Of a stretch of 64,000 nucleotides of DNA, positions 42,090 to 55,985 are shown piece after piece (position 1 is the first letter of the stretch; each line of letters opens with the position of its first letter). The position numbers and the translations under genes were made by a program. Location: positions 2,976,001-3,040,000 of the forward strand of contig OZ024753.1 of NCBI GenBank assembly GCA_964016885.1, written 5' to 3'. This DNA comes from Eledone cirrhosa. Taxonomy: Eukaryota. The notes below the pieces were generated by a model. That model saw only the letters and a program-made list of their open reading frames with translations. It made no database searches and had not been told where the DNA came from.

Positions 42090-45000
42090 GTATATATATA
42101 TATGTGTGTATATATATATTATATATGTTTACTATATATATATTGGTAAGAATGTGTGTATATATATATATTTGCATGTATATGCTCACATATATAAATA
42201 TTTTCAGAAGTCTACTTTTCCTTTTGTAATAATGTTTTATGCATATACTGTAACAGTATCTACTTCCCATTTTCCTCTTCTGATTGTAAACATAATATAC
42301 TTCTAGTTAAATATATGCTATTTCGTTTATATACTGCTGCTCAAGTTTACCTTCTATTGCCCAGTCTACTCCATTTCAATATCCCTATTATTTCACAGCA
42401 CATTATTTGATTTGCATCATTCAATCAAGCTGAAATATTAGGTACTGCTCCTAATTCACAATTTAATAGTTGGTTGGTTGGCTGTTTTTAGCAGATCAGC
42501 ACCCAGTCGTAAAGCATCAATAATTTGTTATTGCAACTATTCATGCAAACATCCCAATAATCAAAACCAACTTACCCATTTCTAATATGTAGAAACAAAC
42601 AAAAAATATATACCCAAAACAAAATTTGTATGTGTAAATATTGAAAAGGATAAAAAAAATCACTAGCAACAAAATGTAATCTTGATAATAACTTATTACT
42701 ATCTTATGCAGCATGGTCTTCAGTTTGTATTAATATAATATACAGATATCCATTCATCTTTATACACTGAACACTGATATTTCTAAAATGGCTATATTTA
42801 AATGTTAAACTTGCTGCGAATGCCTGTGTCACCAAAATAGCCATTTTGTTTTGATGCTTTCTTACTTGAATTGATATTCACAATGGTCCTTTTACGTCAT
42901 CTCAAATTGATTATATGTCTGCCAGATTGAATTAAATTCAGCTTTCATATTAGATTCTTCCAAGAGAAGCAAGTAGGAAATGTGAAATGAAAGCAACTCT
43001 TTAGAGTCCTATCATTTGGTTGTTAGCAGAATTGATGTAGGAAAATAGTCTGTGACAGTCTCCTCTATCCATATCTTTGGTAAGAACCACTCATTATAAT
43101 GAGAAATGGCATCAATCGTTAAATGACATGATGATATATAATAGGGATAGAACATTTGAAACAGACTAAATCATTAGGACCTTAGACTATTGGATGAAAA
43201 GTCTACAGTGTGTATCCCACCACAGGTGCTCAACTACAACTAATAAACAAACACTTAACTCTCTCTCTCTGTTTATATATGTCAATGGCTCGGCAGACTT
43301 TGCTGTAAATATTTATCATACATTGGAACCTAATCCTATAAAACAGAGTCTTTTCTGGCTGCGTAACACTTTTGTTACCATATTTTCAAATAAGTTTCAA
43401 AATAGTCAATAATTCAAAGATATTTAGTAATGTAACTAAAATAGTTTTACATAAAATAATGATGGAACATTTATAGATAAATATTAAAATACTAAAATAA
43501 ATAGTTTCAGGCAGTTTGGCATCAAAAGGCTCAATACCTTGAGAACTGGTATCAGTTCAAACATACTACAAATACTTCTAGTACAAAGGTTTTGAGAATT
43601 AAAAGATGGTGAATATGATGGTGAAGTTGGAAAGGAAAAGAGTTTAGTTGAGTTCATGCTAACTATATAAAACCTATAAAGAACATTCCAACATTTTGTT
43701 ATCAAATGTTTAACATTTACTCTCCAATTCACATTGTGCTAGCTTTCAAACAAAACACTATTTTCTAAAATCAGAAAACTAAAAATAAATAGATGTAATC
43801 TGAGTGTTTTGAATATTAATAATTGTTTCTACTTTTTGGCACAAATCCCCAGTGCATTACTGGTACTTTATTTTATCGATCCCGTAAGGATGAAGCGCAA
43901 AGTTAATCTCAGCGGGATTTGAACTCAGAATATTAATAATAATATTCAATTCGTTTGCAATTATGTAAACAGCCTCTTTGTCAGTAGAATTACCCCACCA
44001 TTCTTGCTCTTGTGCTGGCATGTAAACAAAGCTATTTGTTTGTTATATAAAATAAATGATTTATGACTAAATACACATTTGGTAGTTCACAGATTTAAAT
44101 GTAAACCTAGTCAATATTTAAGAAACCAACGATAGTATAATAGCCTACCCTGAATAAGTAATTAGGTGTTCCTTCTGCAGAATTTTCAAGTATCTCCATC
44201 ACATATTTAGTAATAACAATATATTACACAAGGTGAAAAATGTGCTACAGAATATTTATACCCTAAAAGACACTTCCATATTGTTTACTTTTCTTTATTC
44301 TATAGCATTGAAAAGTATTGTGGCTGAGTGGCTAAGCTACAGGTGTACAAGTTTTCTATTTAGCCATTAACTGACCAGAAACTGCCCAGTTCATACTTTT
44401 AATAATACCTTCCATCATAGTTTGATTTAAGAAATTCCTCTTATGTAATAGCCCACATATGAGAGTGTACACATGTAAACATTACTTATGCTATTAAATT
44501 AATCCATTTAAAAAAAAAATATTTTCAAAATTAATTGAAACAAATTGGCAGTGTCTTTCATGGAAATATGGTAACAAAAGGGTTAACCAAAATCAGCAAG
44601 AATTACGGGAGTAATCTCTAGTCAGTGCACTTTAGTTTTCAAATCTTCCAAGAAATCTCATATATCCTATTTTCTTGTATGCAGTAATATTTCAAATTTT
44701 CAATCTAATAGTCAAATTAGTTGAGTTATGGAACTCTCAGTAGTACAGTTATGGAAACAAGTAGGAAAAAAACAATTCAAGAGAAAAAACATCTAGGATA
44801 ATATGTATTGCCTCCAATAGAAAATTAGGAAAAACATGAATTTACTGAAGTGAAGAAAGTGCAAATCAAACTTTTCTTCAATTATCTACTCTTCTACCAT
44901 TAAAACATTCCATGTAGATTTTATGGGTTCAATCTGACAAAATACACAGAATGAATCTCAGAAGGAGGGAATTATCTTTTCTTGTTAATGTAAGGAATGT

Positions 45001-48000
45001 ACGAAATAACCTTCAACTATAGTGCACTATTTTCAGCAACATTTTTTATTATTAAAAATTCTAAGCATTGAAGTAAGCAATCTATAAAATTCATTTGGCT
45101 AATATTTGCAGACACATTTATTACCCTTTTAACAAGATTTTCTTACAGAATACTAGCTCCACACTCCCACATACCATTTGCATCAGTGTCCATCTGAGGC
45201 AGAATAAAAGAATTTATTGTCTATTGTGGAAAAAGTTTGTTGCATACTTTTTAAACATTCTTTCAGCCCAATGGTACATACACATATGCATAAACAAACA
45301 CACACATGCATATTTTCTTTCTCTCTCTCTCTCTCACACACACATTCACATACGCACAAATACTTACAGACACATACTACTTTCACTTATTTTCTCTGCT
45401 CCATCATCCATGAAAATGAATTTGTGGAGATAGTTTTTGGTATATCTTTACTTGGCAAGGTTTATATCCTTTAATAGGTACAGACAATAATAACTACTTC
45501 TAGACATAGTCATAAAACACAGGGGTTTATTTCTCAAAGAACTTTCTAATATTTTCTATTATTTATTATCACTATTATTACAATATTGATGGAAATCTGT
45601 TCAATGTGCAAGTCTTGGTAAATGAAATATATATTTTAGGGCAAGCTTAAAGCCGATATCATAGTGTTATAATTAAAGTTCTTTTGAATGGAAAAGTATC
45701 AAATATACTATTAAATCTTATGTGGTAATAAACAAATAGAAACCAATGTAAGTTTGGGCAAGTTCAATTACATGAAAAGATGAATATTTTCTTTACTGGT
45801 TCACTTATAAATGTATGTTTTCTATACAAGAGGTTCTTCTCTACATACTAATTTGCTTTACATGAAGGTCATCAATATTTATTGATTTTATTTATATAGG
45901 AGTTAGTTATGCATATTGATTACAGGAGGGTCTGCTGTGTTTACAAATAATTTTTCAGTCAAATGAGGCTTTGTTCATTTTTGTTCTTTCTCTACCAGGC
46001 TCTGCTTTAAGCAGATTCTTTTAACAATGACGTCTCTTATCTATTGTGTATTTATGTTCAGGAGGCACTGAATTGGCAGAGTCTTTGAAATATGTGTGTG
46101 TGTATTTATATATATACACACACATACACACAGACACATATTCAATGAGCTTTCACACAGTTTCTGTCAACTAAATTTCGCTAACAATGTATTGGTCCAC
46201 AAAACACCCTAGAGGCCACACAATGAGACTGAAGCTGAAACTATTTGGTTGTGAAGTGAATTCATTAATCACACAGCTATACCTTATATCTTTATGCTGC
46301 AAACATAAATGAGGCAGCTCAATTGTTTTCCATACTGCCTGTTTATGATGTGTACTTCCTATTTATGGCATGAATAGGTGCTTAAGAAATCATCTTAGAA
46401 GTCTTTACAGACTAAGAATATGCTATCCTTTGTCTAGTTGTGTTCTTAACATCAACTATGTTTACAGGGTATTCGGAAATCCTAATTTTCTTTGACATCA
46501 CCATTACCCCTATACAAGATAGTTTGTATAAAGCTTTTATTGAGACTACCATGTATTAAATGGGCCTGCTGTAGTAAATACTTTCAGATCCCTGCACTTA
46601 CCACAGAATTTTATTTAGTTTATCTAAACATCTACTAATATGAACCATCAGTAAGATGTTCTTTTCCCCAAATCTTAATACATATTCAAAACATGGCTGC
46701 TATCTTTCCAGTTTGTATGGTGATATCATTAAAATTGATGATGGAAGTTAAGCTGAATATGTCATAAATGGTGTAATAAATACATTATAAATCAACTTTA
46801 TGTCCTTCACAACATTATACAACAGAAATTTATTTCTCTAACTGAAAACTCACTGTATTCTGATTGACAACCCCACCCCTCAATAACATTCATAACTGTG
46901 ATGTGATTCAAAGAATATATAATATATCGTCTTTTGTAATAGATTTAATAATAATAGAATTCATAGTGACTCCAGTCTTCTATAATATTTGGCATTTCCA
47001 CATATAATATATTCAAAACCAAGGAAGAACTAATAAATAAAATATAGCTACATGATGTTTAGGAATCTTTCTTGGAGATGTTCACAGTTCCTCAAATGCT
47101 AAAATGCAAATTTTCTTTTGCTTCTTTTATCTCATGTCTGACAATGTGCTTGTTGAATTTAGAAAACATTTTTCTTTGTAAAACTTATTTTTTTTCTTCT
47201 AAAATTGAATAGTAACTAATGAATATATTTTGCTTTTTGGTCAAACATTTCTCAATCAATGCAAACCAAAAATATTTCTCTTAATTGGCAACACTATAAC
47301 CTCCACCACATTATTTGAACTGACACAGACATTTGCTGCTTCTGCTGTGTTCACACCATTTGTTATATGTGTTAGTCTTCTATACATATTTCGGTCATAT
47401 CAGAACATTTCCAATATATCCGAGGAGTGTTTCATATTAGTATTTTCTTGTTTTCTTCAATGAAATGCCTCTAGTCAATACAAATATTATCAAGAAACGT
47501 GGTTTAGTGGTTATGGCTTTTAGTTCATGATCATATGGCCATGAGGTTTATTTCAAGTGGCATGTTATGTTCTTGAGCAAGAAATTTTATTTCACAATGT
47601 CCCAGTCCACTCAGCAGGTAAATTATATATATATATACTATATACTATATACTATAGGTAAAAGAACCTATAATATAAGGGCCAGCCTTGTCATACACAG
47701 TCTCCATTAAGGATACACGTGTCTGTGAAATGTACAGTGACTTACATGTTAATTTCATAAGCAGGCTGTTCCATCGATGACCAACTAGAACACTCATCGT
47801 TGAAACTGACGGAGGTCCATTCCAATACTAATATTTTTTTTATAGTCAAACACATACATGTGTGAGTGTGCATGCAAACACACAAACACACACAACAACA
47901 ACAACACTTATAATTTAGTCATTCAGATTAATAATTATCTTCTACCAAACATAAAATTTTACAAGTATTTAAATATAGTATGTTGCATAAAGTTTCCAAA

Positions 48001-49390
48001 TTTGTTCCTATATAAATTAAAATCTTGCGACATAATTTGATATATTACAAATAACATCTTATTAATAAAATATTTAATAAAGTTAATAAATCATACCAAA
48101 TTCTTCATTTAATTCAAATACAGTGTTTCATTATGAATATGGTAATGGAAGGGTTAATTTAACTCATAAATTTGTTAGTATCAGCAAACTGATCTTAGAA
48201 ATATTGTCTAATGTCTTGTGGGAAGAAACACATACAAAACATCATGAATATTAATGACATCAGCACCTTTATTTCCAGTTTAAAGATCGATTTGTTTAGT
48301 ACACATGGGTTACAGGACTTTGTAGTGTTACAATTCCCCACTTGTATTTTATAATTGTTAACCTTTTTGATATCAAATTGACTGAAACTGCCTCTGGTTC
48401 TACAATAGAGAATTGTGTTTTAAAATCTTTATATTTATTTAACAAAATTTCATCATAATTTTATATAAGAACTTTAGTTAAGTTATGCTCCAAACATCAA
48501 TTCGATAATTCTTGATTATTTTCAAAAAATAGATTTGTAAATTGTAAGCAGAGATTTTCATTTAAACGTCTCTCAGTTTTGATCTAATCATTACATTGTT
48601 CATATTATTTTCTTTTTATTTGACACCTTGTGTTAAAACTTTCATTAACCACTAGGTCACGGTAGGTCTTCCCTTAGCACACTATATGCCAATACCACAG
48701 AATTACATAATTAAATATTGTCTTCTACCCATATGTTAATTAGTAACACCCCATGATATATATATTCATAATAGTACCACGACTGGTAATGTCTGCTTAC
48801 CATGAGAACTGGAATAGAAACAAAGCTGTAAGCTTAGAACTAATGATAGTATCAACCAACTAGGTAAATATATTTTCTTGATATTACATTCTAATTTTAT
48901 TAATTTTGTTTAAACATTTTATTACAAATTCTATACCAGAGCTTATATAAACCTATAAGGTTTTCTTAGAAACATAATAAACATTGAGTTAATATATGAA
49001 ATACTGGCACATAGATCTTGAGAAGAATTCCACAGTAAATATTATAAATTGTATTATCTCTAGTTTCCTCTATTCATTTAGCTGTCTAAAACCAATAAAC
49101 CAATTAAGTTCCTACAACTGGTGCAAGCAATCACTGAGGTGTCACTCTAGATGTTTGACTGTGACCAGTGGGCTTCAGAAATTCTTGACAGTGCCCTACT
49201 CCTCTTCAAACATCGAGTCGAGGCTCTCACTAAGTTTTGCCTGCCAGGAGAAGCAGTTACCAGTCTGAAAACTATTTGGGAACTAGAAGTGAGAGTCAGG
49301 TGAGAACTAGTGTATGCATTCATTCCTAAAGTTATTCTCTCTGCCCAAAACTTTTGGTATTGAGATGTTTTTTTTTCAATAATGGTAAAA

Positions 49391-49552
49391 TAATTGTTTC
49401 TAATTTTGACACAAGGTCAGCAATTACTCAGTACATTATTGGTACTTTATTTTATCGACCCTGTAAGGATGAAAGGCAAAGCTAACCTCGATGGGGTTTG
49501 AACTCAGACTGTAAAGGGACGTAACTATGCTGTTCCGACCCTCCACCGCCCA
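49391..49552 (-). mobile_element. Nin-domain SINE S2 (internally deleted); another fragment at 43818-43929 (-)
   Basis: Reverse complement of the S2 B-box and Nin block. Confidence 0.8.
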
Positions 49553-49835
49553 ATAATGGTATAATAATGTTTCTTCAAATCACTTTACTCTATTTTCAAA
49601 GGAACATAAGAGAATACTATGCCCAGTATTGAAATACCATTTATTTAAATTGTTTTACTCTACATTTGAAGGTTGTAGGTAATGACCCATATGATTTTAA
49701 ACTTATGATTCTTTCAATTCTGGATAATGGTAAGTGAACCATTGAAATAACATTTCTTCAAATCACTCCACTCTATTTTTTGAAAAAGGAACATTAGATA
49801 ACATTATGTCCAGTAGTGAAATAACATTTCTTTAA

Positions 49836-50053
49836 CCCTTTAGCATTTACATAACCCTATATTTACTAGTATATTTTCATGGTAAACACTTTATCTCACA
49901 TAATTATCCTACCTAATATCGCATCTACAAGATTTTGATATCTATTTTGATAACAATACCTTATCATAAGTATGAGTAGTTGGTAACAGCCGGTTTGAAC
50001 AGAAAAAGATGAGATAATTCTGGCCAGATATGGCAGGTTTAAATGTTAAAGGG
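49836..50053 (+). mobile_element. Complete piggyBac-type MITE (218 bp) with TTAA TSD
   Basis: TTAA|CCCTTTAGCATTTA ... TAAATGTTAAAGGG|TTAA. Further copies at ~51332-51544 and ~56727-56930, partials at 4249 and 34523. Confidence 0.85.
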
Positions 50054-50498
50054 TTAAATCATTTCACTCTACTTTCAAAAATACAGTGAGTAACAATATG
50101 ACCAGTTTTGAAATAATAATTCTTTAAATCCTGAATAATGGTATCAGATAATCATTGGAACGTTACTTGCAATATATTTGAGGGGAGAATTTTCTAGATC
50201 TAGGAAACAACACAAAACCTAAACAACAGTCACATCATTAAGGCTAAAGAAGGATGCAGCTTCTGTAGGGATTCACCAATTTTGTCCTAAAACTAGAATT
50301 GTTCATTAAAAAATCTGTAAATGAGTTTGTTCCATGATTTCAAATGTTTAAAATAAGTCTTCACTGTATTTGTCTTTATCTTCATGATTATTATTATTAT
50401 TATTATCATTATTATTATTTCTATTACTATTATTATTTCTATTACTATTCCTATTTTCTTCTTATTCTTCTTATTACTTTATATTTCATGATATTTCA

Positions 50499-50631
50499 GG
50501 GTTGTGACCCCTTTTTCAAAAGAAAGGAAATGAAATGTGATGGTGATGGCAAGCTGAGCTCTTCTGAAGTTCTCAGTTTGCCAATGCCATCACACTTCAT
50601 TTCCTTTCTTTTGAAAAAGGGGTCTTAACCC
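50499..50631 (+). other. 60-bp imperfect hairpin, pre-miRNA-like
   Basis: Arms 50499-50558 and 50572-50631, 13-nt loop, no indels. Of seven non-Watson-Crick positions, four are G.U on the plus strand. Confidence 0.55.
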
Positions 50632-53280
50632 CAAAATATTAAGAAATAGAAAGTCTAAGTCTAAATAAAGAGTTTGTTTTGTTTGTTTTATTGTTGCCAA
50701 TGTTATTATTTTTAATATTATTATCATTAATGTTATTACTGTTATTATTGTTGTTGTTAATGTTATTATTACTATTATTATTATTATTATAATCATCATC
50801 ACCTTCATCTTATAGTTTTATTTCTATTATGCACTTTCACTGCACGTCCAATCAGTGAAGTGTGTTTTGTTTTGCATTTCTATTGTTTTAACAGTTCTCT
50901 ACATAATGTGTGCTGTGTCTAGTATTTCTTTGTTCAATATGGTGTGCATACATGTATGTTCTGGTGCTTTTGGTTACGTATGTGTTCATATTACAGAAAT
51001 TTGAAATTGTAATCATTGTCAATGCAATGATGAAATAAATTCATCAACCAATCAATAAATTTCCCTCTACTGCTGCAGCAAGTTGTTAGGGTGCCACACC
51101 AAACATTTCACTGTGTCCATCATGGCATTTCATTAGGCCATAGAAAAGCTTGGTCCCGCCCATCTCTTCTCCTTGCATATCCATTAAAATCATAATTAAA
51201 CCTTAAAACATAAACATTTCATTTTATATTGCAACTCAGCTGAAAATGAATATCAGCAGTAGTTGGAGATTTAACCATATGATAGACTAGCATACTGTCC
51301 AGTGGGGAGTCTTGTACTCTCAGTTGCTTCACCCTTTAGCATTTAAACCAGCCGTACCTGGCCAGAATTCTCTCACCTCTTTCTGTTCAAACTGGTTGTA
51401 ACTAGCCACTCATACTTATGTTAAGGTGTTGTTCTCAAAATAAATAATATCAAAATCATGTCGATTCGATATTATGTGAGATAAAGCCTTTTACCATGAA
51501 AGTGTAATAGTAAATTTAGAGCAATCTGATTGCTAAAGTGTTAATGTCAAAGAAACTGGGATAAGCCTGGGACCAGCCTGATGAGCCTCTATGATTGGAA
51601 AAATTCTTAGAATTTTTTTACACTAAGTTCCTTTGAGGTTTTGTGGCAAGCTACACTGCAATAATCATATAATCTGATTCAAAAGGGAAATGCATGAATG
51701 TCACATTATCCTTCAATAAATCTGTGGACTTGTGTCAATCAGGGTAAATACTAGTAATGGCTACCAAGTTGGAGTTTTAGCAAAATCTCTATAATTTGTA
51801 TGTTTCTGGCAAGGATAGCAAATGCCCAATCAAACACAAAATCAGATTTCTGCAATATAAACACATTGGAACACATCACGAAAACATGAATTCTATGATA
51901 AACCAATTTAAACTTCTCCTCCAACGTCTCTACCACAAGAGTGAAAATCAGGCAATATTTGCTCTCTCTCTTACTCACTCTCACTCTCTCTCCGATCTCA
52001 GTGAGTTAAAACTTGTAAATAGTTTTTGAAGCAAAGCCAATGGAAATTAAATAAAACAGTAGGTGAGGTTTTAGCATTGCATCAGTCATCTTAGAATATA
52101 TATCGTTTATCTGCTAATTGATCATCTCGGCTGTTGCCTTTGAGGAATGTGGCACTTGATTAACTTAGCTGCATTAACCATTACTAATATGCATTACTTT
52201 GAATGAACAAAGAACAGCAATTGAGTGATTAATCAAATTATTCAATTTGAATTTCAACTGGAAAATTTACTGATTTAACTAGAAAAAGGAAAAACAAGAA
52301 TTACATTAATAGACAAAAGGGAAACAGGAATTTAGTAAGTAATGGCACTTAAAATAGCAACTGGACAAAACATCAGGAAGATAATTTATTCTGTTATACA
52401 TTAGTGTAGGTGTTTATTTTAAGAAATTCAGCTGAAATTGGGGGCAAGAAAAGGGTTCAATTCTCCTTTAATTTGTTCCATTTAAGTACAAGAAAATAGG
52501 AGATGCTTCATTCTTAGTTCATATCATATGTATTTATGTAACACTAGACTACCCACGACCCGTTGGGTCATGTTTACTTAAAAATCATTTTTTACAGCTC
52601 TCTCTCGCTTCCATTTTCCTTCTCTCTCACATATATATATATATATGTGTGTGTGTGTATATATATATGCGTGTGTGTGTGTATATATATATATATGTGT
52701 GTGTGTATGTCTGTATATATATATATCTTTCAATCTACTCTCTTATAACCACTATCTCATTCTCTCTATCTTTCTCTCTATCTCTATTTATGAAGGTCCC
52801 TGGAAAAACCTCTTATCTCAGGAACCTGTGCTTCAATTTATGCGAAATTTGTTTTATTCCATTTGTATTCCCATTTCAGGGGCAACTTCCTTTCAAAGTA
52901 TTTTCTCATTATGCACCGTTTTGGCTACATTACATTACATACAAACACACAGTCACAGAGATAGTTAAATGGAACTCAGGAAGTTCAATCATATGAGATA
53001 AGATTGAACAAAATGGACAATTGTTTTTATCCTACATAAATGATCAGTACCAGAAAACTAACATCATCATTGTTTAACATCTATTTTCTATGCTACCATG
53101 AGTTGGATGAGTTGTCCCGTTTGTGGCAATTTGGGTCAGGTGACAGAACATTTAACAAAATGTAAAGTTGACTCTTACTGAATTTATTGATGGTGGTGAA
53201 CTTGGCATTATACATATTTCAATTTTAACAGAATATGAAGATTGCTATGGGTTCAAAACTGTAAACTATACTCTCCTTTC

Positions 53281-53645
53281 AGCGGATTCTGCCAGAAGCA
53301 ACCGTCTCCAACTGATCTGGCTGGATCTCCAAGTGAGACCAGCAAAGCTCATGGATGTTACCCAACCATCTTGCTCGGGTTTCTTGCAAGTTTGTTTTGC
53401 CCATAAAATCTGTCCAGCGATTCTTTCCCCAAGATATTTTAACCATAGGTAAGGGTTGGCATGAATACCAAATTGAAGATAGCGAGTTTGGCTTTTACAC
53501 CTACCTCACTTCTTCTGATTACTGAATGATGAAGCTGGTGCATTACTGCACCAGCTCCTGCAATTCTTGCACTTAATTTAGCCTCTTGCCTTCCATCACT
53601 CATGAACACGGCCCCGAGATACTTGAACTCACAAGAGATGTTTAG
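53281..53645 (-). mobile_element. RTE-clade (Expander/Rex3-like) LINE fragment
   Basis: EFKYLGAVFMSDGR..ARIAGAGAVMHQL...KAKLAIFNLVFMPTLTYG, then TRARWLGNIHELCWSHLEI...LETVA. Confidence 0.8.
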
Positions 53646-54182
53646 CACCAATTTATTCCTAATGAAGACATAGACAAAACATACAGAAATAACTCCTATG
53701 ACTTTTAAATTCTGTATTTGAAAGTTATTAAATGAAATGATTAAGTTATTGCGTGTATAGGTGAGTCTGTTGACTAATGAAGATAAACCATTTATTAATT
53801 TAACAAGGATGGAAACAGTCCAACAAATATGAAATATTTCCTGAATGTCACTTAATTAAAGTTAATTTCTTCACATTGTCAACCATGAGCACCTGTAGGT
53901 TTTATAAAGCAATGATAATAAATTAATGTCACTTTAGCTAAACTAATGTTATGCTATTCAGTATACTTGGTGAGATGTAATACATTATCTATTAAGTGTA
54001 ATGAGTTTGCAAACAGAATATATATTGTTTATATAAGTGAATCATGTAATGATTATATGATACCAAATATCATTTAATTTATTTTGTACAAGTTTATTGC
54101 TCTTGATTTTAAGTTTGAACTATTCTCAGTTAATAAAGTAGCATCATTAATATGTTTGACTCAATGCAATCAATAGCATTAT

Positions 54183-54340
54183 TAAGTATGCAGTGTAATT
54201 TTTGCTGATAATGTTTCTATTGTGTTGATGTGTGCAGTGCCTAGTAGTGCTATCTTTTGTATGCTGTATATATTTGTAAGTCCTCGAGTTTTAGCTATAT
54301 ATTTGTCTGTGTGTGTTTTTATCATTCCTAGAGCACCTAT
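54183..54340 (-). mobile_element. R4/Dong-like (RLE-type) non-LTR element C-terminal fragment
   Basis: IGALGMIK.....IQKIALLGTAHI matches the C-terminus of R4/Dong-clade ORFs. The 5' junction lies in (TAA)n. Confidence 0.65.
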
Positions 54341-54357
54341 TATTATTATTAATAATA

Positions 54358-55055
54358 GGTGGACCAGCAGTATCGGTAGAGCATCAGATGCCATGCTTTG
54401 CAACATAGAGTTATGGTGCTTTTCCTTCTGAGTTCAAATCCCACCGAGGTTAACTTTGCCTTTCTTCCTTACGGGGTTGATAAAATAAAGTACCAGTAAT
54501 GCACTGGGGTAATCGTTGGCCTTATGCCAAAAGTAGAAACAATTATTATTATTATTATTATTACTATTATAGGACAGTGGATTGGCAGAATTGTTAGAGT
54601 GTTGGAGAAAATACTTTGCAGCATTTATTCTGGCCCTTTACGTCCTGAGTTCAAATCCTGTCAGATCGATAAATTAAAGTTCTAGTCTCATACTGGGTCG
54701 ATGTAATGAACTTTCTCTTCCCCACAAATTGTTGGCCTGTGCCTAAATTAGAAACCACCATTATTATTATTATTATTATTTTAAGGATAGTAGATTGGGG
54801 GAATCGGTAGCATGTTGGGCCAAATGCTTCGCGGCATAGAATCAATTATTATTATTACTAAGGGAAGTGGATTGGCAGTATCGGTAGAGGGTCAGACAAC
54901 ATGCTTTTCCACACAGAGTTACGTCCCTTTACGGGCTGAGTTCAAATCCCGCCAAGGTTAACTTTGCCTTTCATCCTTACAGGGTCGATAAAATAAAGTA
55001 CCAGTAATGAACTGGGTTATTGGTGGCCTTGTGCCAAAAGTAGAAACAATTATTA
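54358..55055 (+). mobile_element. Head-to-tail cluster of four S2 SINE copies/fragments
   Basis: Units start at ~54358, 54572, 54785 and 54862, each separated by (ATT)n. Confidence 0.88.
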
Positions 55056-55443
55056 ATATACAGAAACGAGTCACAACAAAAGACCAAGGGTCCTTCTACA
55101 TTTGTACCATTCTCAAACTTCTGGACATTCCTAAGAGGATGGTATTTTGAAGCAGCACAGGCCAAATGTCTAGACTAATCTTTGAGATGCAATTTTAGAT
55201 TTTCTTCATTATCACACCAAGGGCCCCAGCAACAAATGGAATAATGTCAACTCTGTTTATTTCCCAAATCTGTATGTTTGAGATCTAATTGAACTTTTAG
55301 GGTAACTCAGAGCTTAACATCCACATAACTAAACTTTCTTTACATAAATATTTGACATAACAGGAAAACAAAAACAATAAGTAAATAATGAAATAAAAAA
55401 GAAGAAAAGGGAAAGGAATGGTAAACATTACATGCCTGTCTAT

Positions 55444-55600
55444 CCTCTGGGGAAACACCTTCTCTATTCTGTCTACCAGGGCTATGGGGAGGCCAGCATG
55501 AGGGACCACATTTGGTCACCATACAGAGAGATGGGGAGGGCGAGAGAGATGTAGGCGATGACAGTGGAAGTTCGGCTCTTCCACGGTCGGACCATATCCT
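55444..55600. repeat. Unclassified interspersed repeat (copy 2, inverted relative to 12925-13080)
   Basis: Reverse-complement match by eye. Confidence 0.75.
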
Positions 55601-55881
55601 GGTGGAACATACAGATATATAGAATATATACACAGAAGAACAGCCAGTAACACTTTTTACACCAATTATGATTTTCATCTTTATAGAAGTAATGTATTGG
55701 AGGAATTGACTTTCAATTTCTTCTCTACTAAAGTTTACCTTGTGACAAATTAAATGAAATCAACAAAGTTATTTCTGTTCTGAAGTGCATTTGTTTGGAG
55801 TGCAATGGTAAAACAATGTTTAAGGGTTAAAAGAATAAATTAAAATGAGTAGGAAAATAAAAGAAAAATATTTTACATTAC

Positions 55882-55929
55882 CAATATATCAGACAGGAGA
55901 AGCTCTTGACACTTACCTAAAAGCAAAAA

Positions 55930-55984
<55 letters not shown>

Positions 55985-55985
55985 A
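55882..55985 (-). promoter_or_regulatory. Candidate recursive splice site (AG|GTAAGT) with 35-nt RS-exon
   Basis: Minus: (TTTA)n ttttgcttttAG|GTAAGT (AG at 55917-55918). Alternative donor GTAATG 35 nt downstream (55876-55881). Confidence 0.4.

Noticed and set aside
42570-42610. Possible 6-nt microexon (AG|AAATGG|GTAAGT, minus)
   Set aside because: The motif is too short to distinguish from chance in AT-rich DNA without junction reads.
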